From: Fidelibacterota bacterium
GTDB lineage: Bacteria; Fidelibacterota; Marinisomatia; Marinisomatales; JABMOV01
Assembly: GCA_046861395.1 (NCBI GenBank)
Contig: JBHHUC010000067.1
Coordinates: 1-10,005, forward strand
Length of the DNA: 10,005 nt
Direction of reading: 5' to 3'
The translations under genes were made by a program, and so were the position numbers. The notes under the pieces were generated by a model, which searched no databases, was not told the origin of the DNA, and saw only the letters and a program-made list of their open reading frames with translations. Shown here in pieces: positions 1-7,739 of this stretch (the stretch's first letter is position 1; the number at the start of each line of letters is the position of its first letter).

Positions 1-2
1 CT

Positions 3-36
3 TCCACCTACATCACCTCACGGTGATTACGGTGGA
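3..36. repeat. Hairpin element, copy 1 (outer stem - TAC - inner stem-loop - TAC - outer stem)
   Basis: TCCACC(3-8) TAC ATCACC(12-17) TCAC GGTGAT(22-27) TAC GGTGGA(31-36); both stems are perfect Watson-Crick. Confidence 0.8.
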
Positions 37-57
37 CAGGCAGTTGGTCAGTTCTTT

Positions 58-131
58 GGCGGAGTAGCTCAGTTGGTTAGAGCAGCGGAATCATAATCCG
101 CGTGTCGGGGGTTCGAGTCCCTCCTCCGCTA
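58..131 (+). tRNA. tRNA-Met(CAT), most likely elongator; CCA not encoded
   Basis: Cloverleaf: acceptor GGCGGAG/CTCCGCT + discriminator A, D-arm GCTC/GAGC, anticodon stem GCGGA/TCCGC with loop ATCATAA, T-arm GGGGG-TTCGAGT-CCCTC. Lacks the C1:A72 mismatch and GGG/CCC anticodon stem of the initiator; Ile2 (lysidine) identity is less likely but not excluded. Confidence 0.95.
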
Positions 132-167
132 CTCATCTACGTCCCGATAAATCGGGACTACGATGAG
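132..167. repeat. Hairpin element, copy 2 (same architecture as 3-36)
   Basis: CTCATC(132-137) TAC GTCCCGAT(141-148) AA ATCGGGAC(151-158) TAC GATGAG(162-167); starts on the base after the tRNA discriminator. Confidence 0.85.
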
Positions 168-209
168 CTAGGACATCTCACCTAAAATAAAGTTTATGAA
201 ATTGTACAA

Positions 210-455
210 ATGGAAATTTGGTACGTTTACATTATTCAATCCCAGGAAGGATTAATTTATACCGGGATTTCGAAAAATCCCGACAAACGCCTCAAACAAC
301 ACAATGCCGGGCAATCCAAATGGACTAAGCGCGGTCGTCATTGGAAAATCATTTATCAGGAATCGTTCCCATCCCGACAACAGGCTCGTAATCGGGAAAG
401 ATATTTTAAAAATACAGCCGGTAAAGAATGGTCAAGACACAGGGGTATCATTTGA
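210..455 (+). CDS. Small stand-alone GIY-YIG nuclease family protein (UPF0213/YhbQ-like), 81 aa
   Basis: WYVYII...IYTG motif, RLKQHN (conserved Arg/His), WTK and ARNRERYFK (conserved Glu). Confidence 0.9.
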   Translation: MEIWYVYIIQSQEGLIYTGISKNPDKRLKQHNAGQSKWTKRGRHWKIIYQESFPSRQQARNRERYFKNTAGKEWSRHRGII

Positions 456-606
456 ATTCGAGCCCGGGTTTATGCATTTGTTAAAATGGCAATATGATAC
501 GTTTATCCTCATGTGTTCCATCTCAAGATACGATACTCCTATACAAATAACCGGGAACAATGCCAGACAAATCCTGTTAATTTTTAATATTATCCTAGGA
601 AGCATC

Positions 607-1248
607 ATGCAGAAAATCATTATCACGGCAACTCTTCTATTTTCATCTGCTTTTCCGCAATCGGAAGAACTCTCAACCGGACTTGGAGTTTCCGGCGGCT
701 TGCTGACCGGATCGGGATTGTCTTACCGTCATGTGGGGGATAATTCCGGATGGCAACTGACATTCGGCATCATATCGTTTCCCGATGATTATTCCAATGA
801 TTATATAATTTACGAACAAGATAGGCAACCATATCAAGCCGGAGACTGGATTCCGGATACAACCGAAGTTTACCGTTCATATGATTACAATAACGGCGGG
901 ACCTGGGCCAATGTGGGCCTGTTATATCTGAAGCCGCTGCACCGTTCCAAGACATCCATGTTCTATATACTTGGTGGAGCCAGCGTCTATTATTCATCAT
1001 CCACTGATTATTTTACAAATTATCAATATGTCATCGATTCAGATACGACTTATTCCTATGTTCCGGTGGGAGACCGTACCAAGGAAAGGACTACAGACGT
1101 CACCTTCCGTGTCGGGATCGGGATCGGTCTGGAATACAATATTACGGAAAATATTCGTCTGTCACTTGACCTGCCCCTGACAATTGCCGATGACCGCCGC
1201 ATCACCATGCTGTTCCCTGATGCCGGGCTGTACTATTATTTCAAATAA
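607..1248 (+). CDS. Putative outer-membrane beta-barrel protein, 213 aa (start re-assigned from 304 to ATG 607)
   Basis: AGGA at 597-600 before ATG; MQKIIITATLLFSSAFP resembles a signal peptide; alternating beta-strands (GLGVSGG, FRVGIGIGLEYNI, IRLSLDL) and aromatic C-terminus GLYYYFK. The 304 start would overlap the GIY-YIG gene. Confidence 0.7.
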   Translation: MQKIIITATLLFSSAFPQSEELSTGLGVSGGLLTGSGLSYRHVGDNSGWQLTFGIISFPDDYSNDYIIYEQDRQPYQAGDWIPDTTEVYRSYDYNNGGTWANVGLLYLKPLHRSKTSMFYILGGASVYYSSSTDYFTNYQYVIDSDTTYSYVPVGDRTKERTTDVTFRVGIGIGLEYNITENIRLSLDLPLTIADDRRITMLFPDAGLYYYFK

Positions 1249-1375
1249 CTCCTGAAATTTGGTCACCTGAGAGGTTTGATATTTCCTTCTTCCGGATTGT
1301 CAAATCACTGATGATGGATTTCAGCCCATACATTCGGTCGAATCAAAATCCGCCAGAGCAATGCAGGGCATTTGA

Positions 1376-2437
1376 TTAAAACAGCGTCAATTGATATTCG
1401 CGACCGATCAAGCCGCTAACTCCCACACCCAGCAGACGTAACGGCTGATCCGGATCCCGGTTCTTCTGGAAAAGATGAGCGGCTGTGCCATAAATATCAT
1501 GTTCCTTCCAGATTGGCCGTTGAAACGACTTTTGTTTTGATACGGTGCGGAAATCAGCATAGCGCATTTTCACGGAAATTATTTTGGCAGCCATTTCCTT
1601 TTTATCAAGCGTTTCAGCCACTGAATTGCTCATGGTTCTTAATTTTTCCAGCAGGACCTGTTCTTCGTAGATGTCTTGATCAAAGGTTCGTTCCTGACTG
1701 ATGGATTTACGTCGATGTTCTTCAGTTAATGTCCGTTCATCAATCCCGTGGGCCCATTTGGACATAAGTACACCATATTTCCCAAAACGATTCATCAAGA
1801 CTTCCTGTGGTGTATTTCGTAATTCCAAAACCGTTTTGATCCCCATCGCATTCAGCCGGGTTGTAGTCTGTTTTCCTATACCGGATATTTTTTGTACCGG
1901 CAAGGGTGCCAGAAAACTCAATTCCGTTCCGGGACGAACTACGGTAAAGCCATCCGGTTTGTCAAAGTCCGACGCAATCTTGGCAAGTAACTTATTTGTA
2001 GCTACACCGACACTTGATGTTAATCCTATATCTCTTGATATTCTATCCTTTATTCGTTTTGCGATGATTAATCCATCATCCCAGTCTGACAATGAATCTG
2101 TCAATTCAAAATAGGCTTCATCAATGCTGACCTGTTGCATCACCGGGGCCTGATCGGCAATGATTCCCATGATAATCCTGGAATAAGCTTTGTAGGATGC
2201 AAATCCGTGGGATATAATAATCAGGTCAGGACACAACCCTACTGCCTGGGCCATGGGCATGGCGGAATGAATTCCGAATTTCCGTGCCGGATATGATGCA
2301 GCAGCCACCACACCACGCCGGTCCGGGCTTCCCCCGACAACAATGGGTTTATCCCGAAGTCCGGGATCTTTCAGAACTTCCACGGCACAGAAAAAGGCGT
2401 CCAGATCCAAATGGGCAACAAAGCGCTTGTGACTCAT
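1376..2437 (-). CDS. dinB: DNA polymerase IV (Y-family)
   Basis: HLDLDAFFCAVE, AASYPARKFGIHSAM, SIDEAY catalytic motif, KLLAKIASDFDKPDG, RKSISQERTF, and C-terminal beta-clamp-binding motif QLTLF. Confidence 0.97.
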   Translation of the reverse strand: MSHKRFVAHLDLDAFFCAVEVLKDPGLRDKPIVVGGSPDRRGVVAAASYPARKFGIHSAMPMAQAVGLCPDLIIISHGFASYKAYSRIIMGIIADQAPVMQQVSIDEAYFELTDSLSDWDDGLIIAKRIKDRISRDIGLTSSVGVATNKLLAKIASDFDKPDGFTVVRPGTELSFLAPLPVQKISGIGKQTTTRLNAMGIKTVLELRNTPQEVLMNRFGKYGVLMSKWAHGIDERTLTEEHRRKSISQERTFDQDIYEEQVLLEKLRTMSNSVAETLDKKEMAAKIISVKMRYADFRTVSKQKSFQRPIWKEHDIYGTAAHLFQKNRDPDQPLRLLGVGVSGLIGREYQLTLF

Positions 2438-2450
2438 CCCAGAGAAAAAA

Positions 2451-3575
2451 TTATTTTAACACTGTCATTTTTCGGGTCCCGCTCCCGGAAGAACCGGTCA
2501 GTCGGTAAAAATACAATCCACTGGGAACCGCATCACTGATCCAAGTTATTACCTGTTTTCCCTTTGACAATCGCCCTTGAAAGAGAGATTCCACCAGACG
2601 CCCCCGCGCATCATAAATATCCAGCGTGTACACGCCGGTACGTAGGATGGTAAAGGGAATCCTGGTCGTGGCATTCAGGGGATTGGGATAATTCTGATAC
2701 AGCCGAAATCCTTGCGGCAATCCTGTCAACGGTGTAGTGTCCAATGTATAGTCCAGGTAGTCACCGATTCCATGCAACAAGGCGTAGGCAGTGGAATCAA
2801 ATTGCCCGGCATCGGCATTATTCCAATCCTCATAGGTCAAAGCCATAACTTCAGAACCATAATTGAACCACCACCAGCTTTCCGGATATTGATCCGGTGT
2901 TCCGCCGGTCCAGGAGACAAATGTATCCCAGGGACCGATGCCGGTGGGAAAATAAGACCGGACTCCCGCGATAAAGACTTGTTCCAGCGCAGCATATTCG
3001 GCCGAAGTACCATTTTCATGATGATAGACAAAATAGCGGGGATTCCCGCCATAGGCGGCGTGCATATTCAGGGCAATGCGTATCGGCTCCGTCGATGACA
3101 TCAATTGGGAAAATCGCTGTTGCAAAGCCGCCGGTTCCGGCTCCAACACGGCATCATCCCAGTTACTTTCAATATCAATCTGATGGGCATTTTGCCGTGG
3201 ATAGCCCAATTCCACGCCGTCCGGATTATACATGGGGATGATATAAAACGTGCAGGTCCGGCGCATGTCCCCGGCATAAGGATCATCGGATAACAATAAA
3301 TCTATGAATGCTTCCGTCACCCAGAAAGATTGGACTTCATTGGGGTGAGTCCGAACATGTATGTAAACGGTGGATTTCACCCCCGGTGCCGTATCCGTAA
3401 TGGTTAATTCCCATAAAGCGCGGTTTTGCACGGACGCCCCGATGGAATCAATGGTCACCCAGGGACTGGCTGCCCAGAGGTCAAGATCATTCAGTAAATC
3501 AGCGTAACCGTAGCCCCAATTGCCGGTTTGAGACATCGTCAGGGAAAGCAAACAGATGAATAACAGGGAACGCAT
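2451..3575 (-). CDS. Secreted M14-family zinc peptidase with C-terminal T9SS type A-like sorting domain
   Basis: N-terminal signal peptide; HPNE (H77/E80), NPDG, R127, NMH172, TYE249; C-terminal ~85 aa LYQNYPNP...IYDARGRLV...SGLYFYRL...RKMTVLK. Confidence 0.88.
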   Translation of the reverse strand: MRSLLFICLLSLTMSQTGNWGYGYADLLNDLDLWAASPWVTIDSIGASVQNRALWELTITDTAPGVKSTVYIHVRTHPNEVQSFWVTEAFIDLLLSDDPYAGDMRRTCTFYIIPMYNPDGVELGYPRQNAHQIDIESNWDDAVLEPEPAALQQRFSQLMSSTEPIRIALNMHAAYGGNPRYFVYHHENGTSAEYAALEQVFIAGVRSYFPTGIGPWDTFVSWTGGTPDQYPESWWWFNYGSEVMALTYEDWNNADAGQFDSTAYALLHGIGDYLDYTLDTTPLTGLPQGFRLYQNYPNPLNATTRIPFTILRTGVYTLDIYDARGRLVESLFQGRLSKGKQVITWISDAVPSGLYFYRLTGSSGSGTRKMTVLK

Positions 3576-4237
3576 CAGTCGTTCTTTCTCCGGAGGACGG
3601 TGATTTCCGAAGCAATCCCCCGCACCGACAAGACGGAATGGTGAAGTATATCCCAGTGCTCCGGTCTTAGGAAATTAGATATTGCCAAGGGCCGGCAACC
3701 TCCGACCCTGGCCGGACTTATCCGATGAATAAGGCCCCAGCTCCCCATCACCACCTTTGACAGGACATTGTTTCCCCTGGTGATACTGACAATACCCAGG
3801 ATGCCGCCGGGAATCAGGAATTGCCGGACCCGGTCGAGAAATTCATAAATATCCTGCTTGGGGAAAATATCAAGGACATAGGTCGTTATGATGCGATCAA
3901 AGTGATGATCGGAAAAAGGCAATGTATCCCGGACATCCTGTCGCAGGAATGTCACTCGATCCCTGAATTGCCCTGTCCGTTCCGTGGCCAGGGCAATCAT
4001 CGTGTCGCTGATATCGATACCAGTGTAATCTGCGGTGGCCGGCAGATGGGTCTTCAACAGGCGATGAGCCAGTTGTCCGGTTCCACAGCCGATTTCCAGT
4101 ACATGTTGTGATTGGGTGAAATCTGCGTATTGGATCAATCGGTCAACAGCCGGTTCTTCATACCAGGATTGATCATCCTGTTTCGATCCGAAATCATCAT
4201 AAAATAATTTCGCCTGTTCCGGTGTTAGTGTTTTCAT
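3575..4237 (-). CDS. Class I SAM-dependent methyltransferase
   Basis: VLEIGCGTG motif I, GIDIS motif II, LPFSDHHFDRI, LIPGG; its TGA stop overlaps the ATG of the peptidase by one base (translational coupling). Confidence 0.92.
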   Translation of the reverse strand: MKTLTPEQAKLFYDDFGSKQDDQSWYEEPAVDRLIQYADFTQSQHVLEIGCGTGQLAHRLLKTHLPATADYTGIDISDTMIALATERTGQFRDRVTFLRQDVRDTLPFSDHHFDRIITTYVLDIFPKQDIYEFLDRVRQFLIPGGILGIVSITRGNNVLSKVVMGSWGLIHRISPARVGGCRPLAISNFLRPEHWDILHHSVLSVRGIASEITVLRRKND

Positions 4238-4630
4238 GACTGATAAACCGTAAACGATAATTTACAACTTTCGCAGGAATGAAACCGGGAATCATTCTAT
4301 GTACGACTAACCTTGATCACTTATGTTATTTGACCCGGATAAATAAACTTCTTACCTAATAAAAGTGATTTATGTTTTTAATATAACATATTTTGCTTGT
4401 GTTTTATCTTGAACACTATCATAGTCAACGTTAAACGTCCTTGTGTCCATAAGTTTCGGTACTTTTAAAGAACGGTTATGGTTTTCTTCTAAATGTATTA
4501 AGTCGACTGCAGATAGATGGACCCCATGACCCCTAATAAAAGCAGAGAAAATATAGGACCAACTTAAAAAATAGGCATAGTAAAATTATTACAGGATTAC
4601 GAACTGAAAAGAGCTACGTTAGTGTACAAT

Positions 4631-5251
4631 TTAAAACGCATAGCCAAATTTCAACATCTCCACACCCATGAACTCAGGAGTATTGTGTCCTGTTTTTTTC
4701 TCAGACTCATCAATGCCTGTAAAATATTTCCCACCAAAAAGACTGATGCCCCAGTAGAGTCCGCTGGGAGAAAAATATCTATAACCAATGCCAAAACTAA
4801 TTCCAGCCTTTGTCACCCTTTCTTCTTCAATTAATGTTGGAACATAATCGGCATCTTCATCATGTTGATATTCGTAGCGAAATCTAATACCACCACTAAA
4901 ATACAGACCACCTTGTGTTCCCCTTAGGAATTTCCTATACATAGTGTCTATCGTATAGTATTTCTCTGTTTTATTATATGACAGGTGGTTTTTTATTTTC
5001 CCCAAGTACTCAAATAACAGTGCTATTTCCGCTTTTCGGGTAATATTGAAGAACGAAAATGATCCTGTTGCCATGGTTTGTTCCCTGTCAGACATTAACA
5101 GGAGAATGGGGTTGATCTCGATGCCATATTTTTTATCCATCAGTGGTAGGTCCGTCTTTTTCTCTTCAGATTCAGCCGGATTTGGAGTAAATCCGGACAT
5201 ACCAACCAAGCTGCTCAATATTAGTAAATATGCGCACAAGATCCTGTTCAT
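4631..5251 (-). CDS. Putative outer-membrane beta-barrel protein (DUF3575-like), 206 aa
   Basis: GGAGG RBS upstream on the minus strand; signal-peptide-like N-terminus; GIEINP start, GLYFSGG, FGIGYRY strands, terminal KFGYAF beta-signal. Confidence 0.72.
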   Translation of the reverse strand: MNRILCAYLLILSSLVGMSGFTPNPAESEEKKTDLPLMDKKYGIEINPILLLMSDREQTMATGSFSFFNITRKAEIALLFEYLGKIKNHLSYNKTEKYYTIDTMYRKFLRGTQGGLYFSGGIRFRYEYQHDEDADYVPTLIEEERVTKAGISFGIGYRYFSPSGLYWGISLFGGKYFTGIDESEKKTGHNTPEFMGVEMLKFGYAF

Positions 5252-5708
5252 TCTAAGCCTCCAGTTTTTTACCTCCCAGGGGATGACGGAAATTAGGTCT
5301 CACACAATGCTGAAAAGAAGATTATTTAACGAACAAAAACCCTAAACTCATATGTCATCTAGCGCTTTTCAGTGTGAGGTAACGAATATTACCTTTTTAC
5401 GACTCTTTTGTCAAATGTGTTAAAGATTGTTTTTCAGTCCCATTCTATTTTTTCATAACACCAATCAGAGCGTCGCTAATTCCCATCAATCCATAGCAAT
5501 TTTCCAAATTCTCATTTACATTTTAACATAAATCCAATATAATCTACACCAAAATTGTAGGATTGGTCCAACCATGATTTTTACATACGTTAACTTTTTC
5601 AATTTAGTAAGGTGCTTGTAAAAGGGAATCGCACATATTCAGGAATCATTCCACCACGCCAATTTTCCGTATTTATCTTCGTGAATAAGCCTTAATTTTA
5701 CCCTGCTT

Positions 5709-5780
5709 GCGGGCGTCGTATAATGGTTATTACCCGAGCTTCCCAAGCTCGTGACGTGAGTTCGATTCTCATCGCCCGCT
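5709..5780 (+). tRNA. tRNA-Gly(CCC); CCA not encoded
   Basis: Acceptor GCGGGCG/CGCCCGC + discriminator T, anticodon stem CGAGC/GCTCG with loop TTCCCAA (CCC at 5742-5744), T-arm GTGAG-TTCGATT-CTCAT. Confidence 0.96.
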
Positions 5781-5786
5781 CTGTCG

Positions 5787-5812
5787 AGCCCATCCCGATG
5801 ATGGGCTTTTCT
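5787..5812 (+). terminator. Intrinsic terminator-like hairpin after tRNA-Gly
   Basis: AGCCCATC(5787-5794)-CCGAT-GATGGGCT(5800-5807) followed by TTTCT; short U tract. Confidence 0.6.
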
Positions 5813-5820
5813 ATGAAATC

Positions 5821-7140
5821 ATGAACCGTACACCAATCATCGCCATTGTGGGTCGTCCCAACGTGGGAAAATCCACCTTCTTCAACCGGATGCTCAGCAC
5901 TCGGAAAGCCATCGTAGCACCCATGGAGGGCATCACGCGGGACCGCATCTATGGCACCATGGACTGGACCGGAATCAAGCTCACATTCATTGATACGGGC
6001 GGGTACATCCCGGAAGATGTGGATATCTTCAATGCCGCTACCCGGCACCAGGCCCAAATGGCCATTGCCGAAGCCGATTTCATCCTGCTGATGGTGGACG
6101 GCCGGGTAGACCCCACGGCCAGTGACAAGACATTGGCCCAATTCGTCCGGGAAAGCGGTAAGCCCCATCTCCTGGTCGTGAATAAATGCGACGCAGCCGC
6201 TCAGGATGCTTTTCAGTTCCGGTTCGCGGAATTGGGCTTTGATACCGTAGTTCCCATTTCATCCCTGACGGGACGCTCCACTGGTGACTTACTGGACAAG
6301 ATTGTGACCCGTCTGGAACTGGCTCCAGGAAATCCGGATGATGAATTGGACCAAACCATGGCTCTGGCCATCGTTGGAATGCCCAATGTGGGTAAATCAT
6401 CCATTATAAACGCGCTCCTGCAAAAAGAACAAACCATGGTCACTCCTATCGCTGGAACGACACGGGATTCCATCGATACTTCCCTGCGCTGGTACGGAAA
6501 AGACATTACACTCATTGATACGGCCGGTTTACGTAAAAAAGCCCGGGTATCGGATGCCATCGAATATTATTCCAGTGTGCGTACCGTCCAGAGTATCGAA
6601 CGGGCCCACGTGGTTCTAGTGGTTATCGATGCGGAAAAGGGATTTGGCAAGCAGGATAAAACTATCCTGGACCAGGTCGTCAGCAAGGGCAAAGGGCTGG
6701 TGATTCTGGTGAATAAATGGGATTTGATTGAAAAGGATAATTCAACCATGTCCACATTCAAGCGGGAAATGGCTTCGCAATTCAAATCACTTAATCGTTA
6801 TCCCATTCTATTCATTTCCGCTCAGACTCGGCAGCGCATTTCCAAGATTCTTGACGTTGTGTGGACGGTGTACCAGCGTACGCTGAAAAAACTACCCACG
6901 GCTGTCCTAAATGACTGGCTCCAGGCTGCCATTCAATCCTATCCCCCGCCGGCGGTTCGGGGCAAACTGATTCGCATGAAATATATCACCCAGGTTTCAC
7001 TGCGCCCCTCCATCCTGGCAATATATTGTAATTATCCTAATCTGGTACCCAAAAGCTATCAGCGTTATCTGGAAAATCAATTATACGATCACATGGACCT
7101 GGCCGGGGTTCCCGTCATGTTATCTTTTAGAAAAAAGTGA
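5821..7140 (+). CDS. der: Ribosome biogenesis GTPase Der (EngA)
   Basis: Two tandem G domains: GRPNVGKS/DTGG/NKCD and GMPNVGKS/DTAG/NKWD, plus C-terminal KH-like domain with SYQRYLENQL. Confidence 0.98.
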   Translation: MNRTPIIAIVGRPNVGKSTFFNRMLSTRKAIVAPMEGITRDRIYGTMDWTGIKLTFIDTGGYIPEDVDIFNAATRHQAQMAIAEADFILLMVDGRVDPTASDKTLAQFVRESGKPHLLVVNKCDAAAQDAFQFRFAELGFDTVVPISSLTGRSTGDLLDKIVTRLELAPGNPDDELDQTMALAIVGMPNVGKSSIINALLQKEQTMVTPIAGTTRDSIDTSLRWYGKDITLIDTAGLRKKARVSDAIEYYSSVRTVQSIERAHVVLVVIDAEKGFGKQDKTILDQVVSKGKGLVILVNKWDLIEKDNSTMSTFKREMASQFKSLNRYPILFISAQTRQRISKILDVVWTVYQRTLKKLPTAVLNDWLQAAIQSYPPPAVRGKLIRMKYITQVSLRPSILAIYCNYPNLVPKSYQRYLENQLYDHMDLAGVPVMLSFRKK

Positions 7141-7739
7141 GTTACACGCTCCCGCGCAAGTTCCAATCGACGCTGAAAATCAAGCGTTCCGAATTCATCT
7201 GTCATCTCTTCCCGCTGGACCAGCCGGAAATCATGAACGTCCATCTGAAAAATTATCGTAAACGTTATTCCAAAGCCCGGCATTTCTGCTGGGCCTATCG
7301 TTTTCTACACGACGGACGATTACAGGAAAATTCCTCCGATGCAGGAGAACCAAGCGGATCGGCCGGGGCTCCCATATTGAAAGCCCTTCGGCAGGCCGAC
7401 CTGGTGCAGTCAGGTGCCGTTGTGGTACGCATTTTCGGTGGGATCAAATTAGGAAAACGGGGCTTGATTGAGGCCTATTATACTTCCGTTCATCGCACGG
7501 TACAAACAGCCAGCCTCCTCCCCTTTGTAGAGGAAACTACGGCCATCCTCTCGGGTCAGTTGAAACATTTCAACGATTACCGATTGCTCCTGGAGCGGTT
7601 TCAGGGAAACATTATTGCAGATCACTCCCAATCCGATTTAAAATGGACAATCACAATTCCCCGGGAATTGTATGTCAATTACGAAAAAATGATGATGGAA
7701 CGGTTTGGATCGGATATCCTCCTTAATAAAAAAGAGTGA
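7137..7739 (+). CDS. yigZ: YigZ/IMPACT (UPF0029) family protein
   Basis: IKRSEFI, ARHFCWAY, SDAGEPSGSAGAPIL, VVRIFGGIKLGKRGLIEAY; GTG start overlaps the der stop (GTGA). Confidence 0.92.
   Translation: MSYTLPRKFQSTLKIKRSEFICHLFPLDQPEIMNVHLKNYRKRYSKARHFCWAYRFLHDGRLQENSSDAGEPSGSAGAPILKALRQADLVQSGAVVVRIFGGIKLGKRGLIEAYYTSVHRTVQTASLLPFVEETTAILSGQLKHFNDYRLLLERFQGNIIADHSQSDLKWTITIPRELYVNYEKMMMERFGSDILLNKKE

Noticed and set aside
442..468. TTCGAGCCC just after the GIY-YIG stop, resembling the tRNA T-loop (possible att duplication)
   Set aside because: Match is only about 9 nt with a gap and has no acceptor-stem continuation; compatible with chance.
304..606. N-terminal 101 aa of the 314-aa ORF
   Set aside because: Overlaps the GIY-YIG gene in another frame; RBS and signal peptide point to ATG 607.
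1249..1375. Expected bidirectional terminator between convergent genes
   Set aside because: Only short, widely spaced inverted repeats (CTGAAAT/ATTTCAG); no compact GC stem with a U tract.
5534..5566. Imperfect inverted repeat around CTACA/TGTAG
   Set aside because: Short, interrupted and in AT-rich DNA; does not fit either hairpin family.
5698..6785. Minus-strand ORFs of 72-156 aa opposite der and tRNA-Gly
   Set aside because: Antisense shadows of a conserved gene; no recognisable motifs. The same applies to the short ORFs opposite dinB, the peptidase, methyltransferase, yigZ, nuclease and membrane-protein genes.
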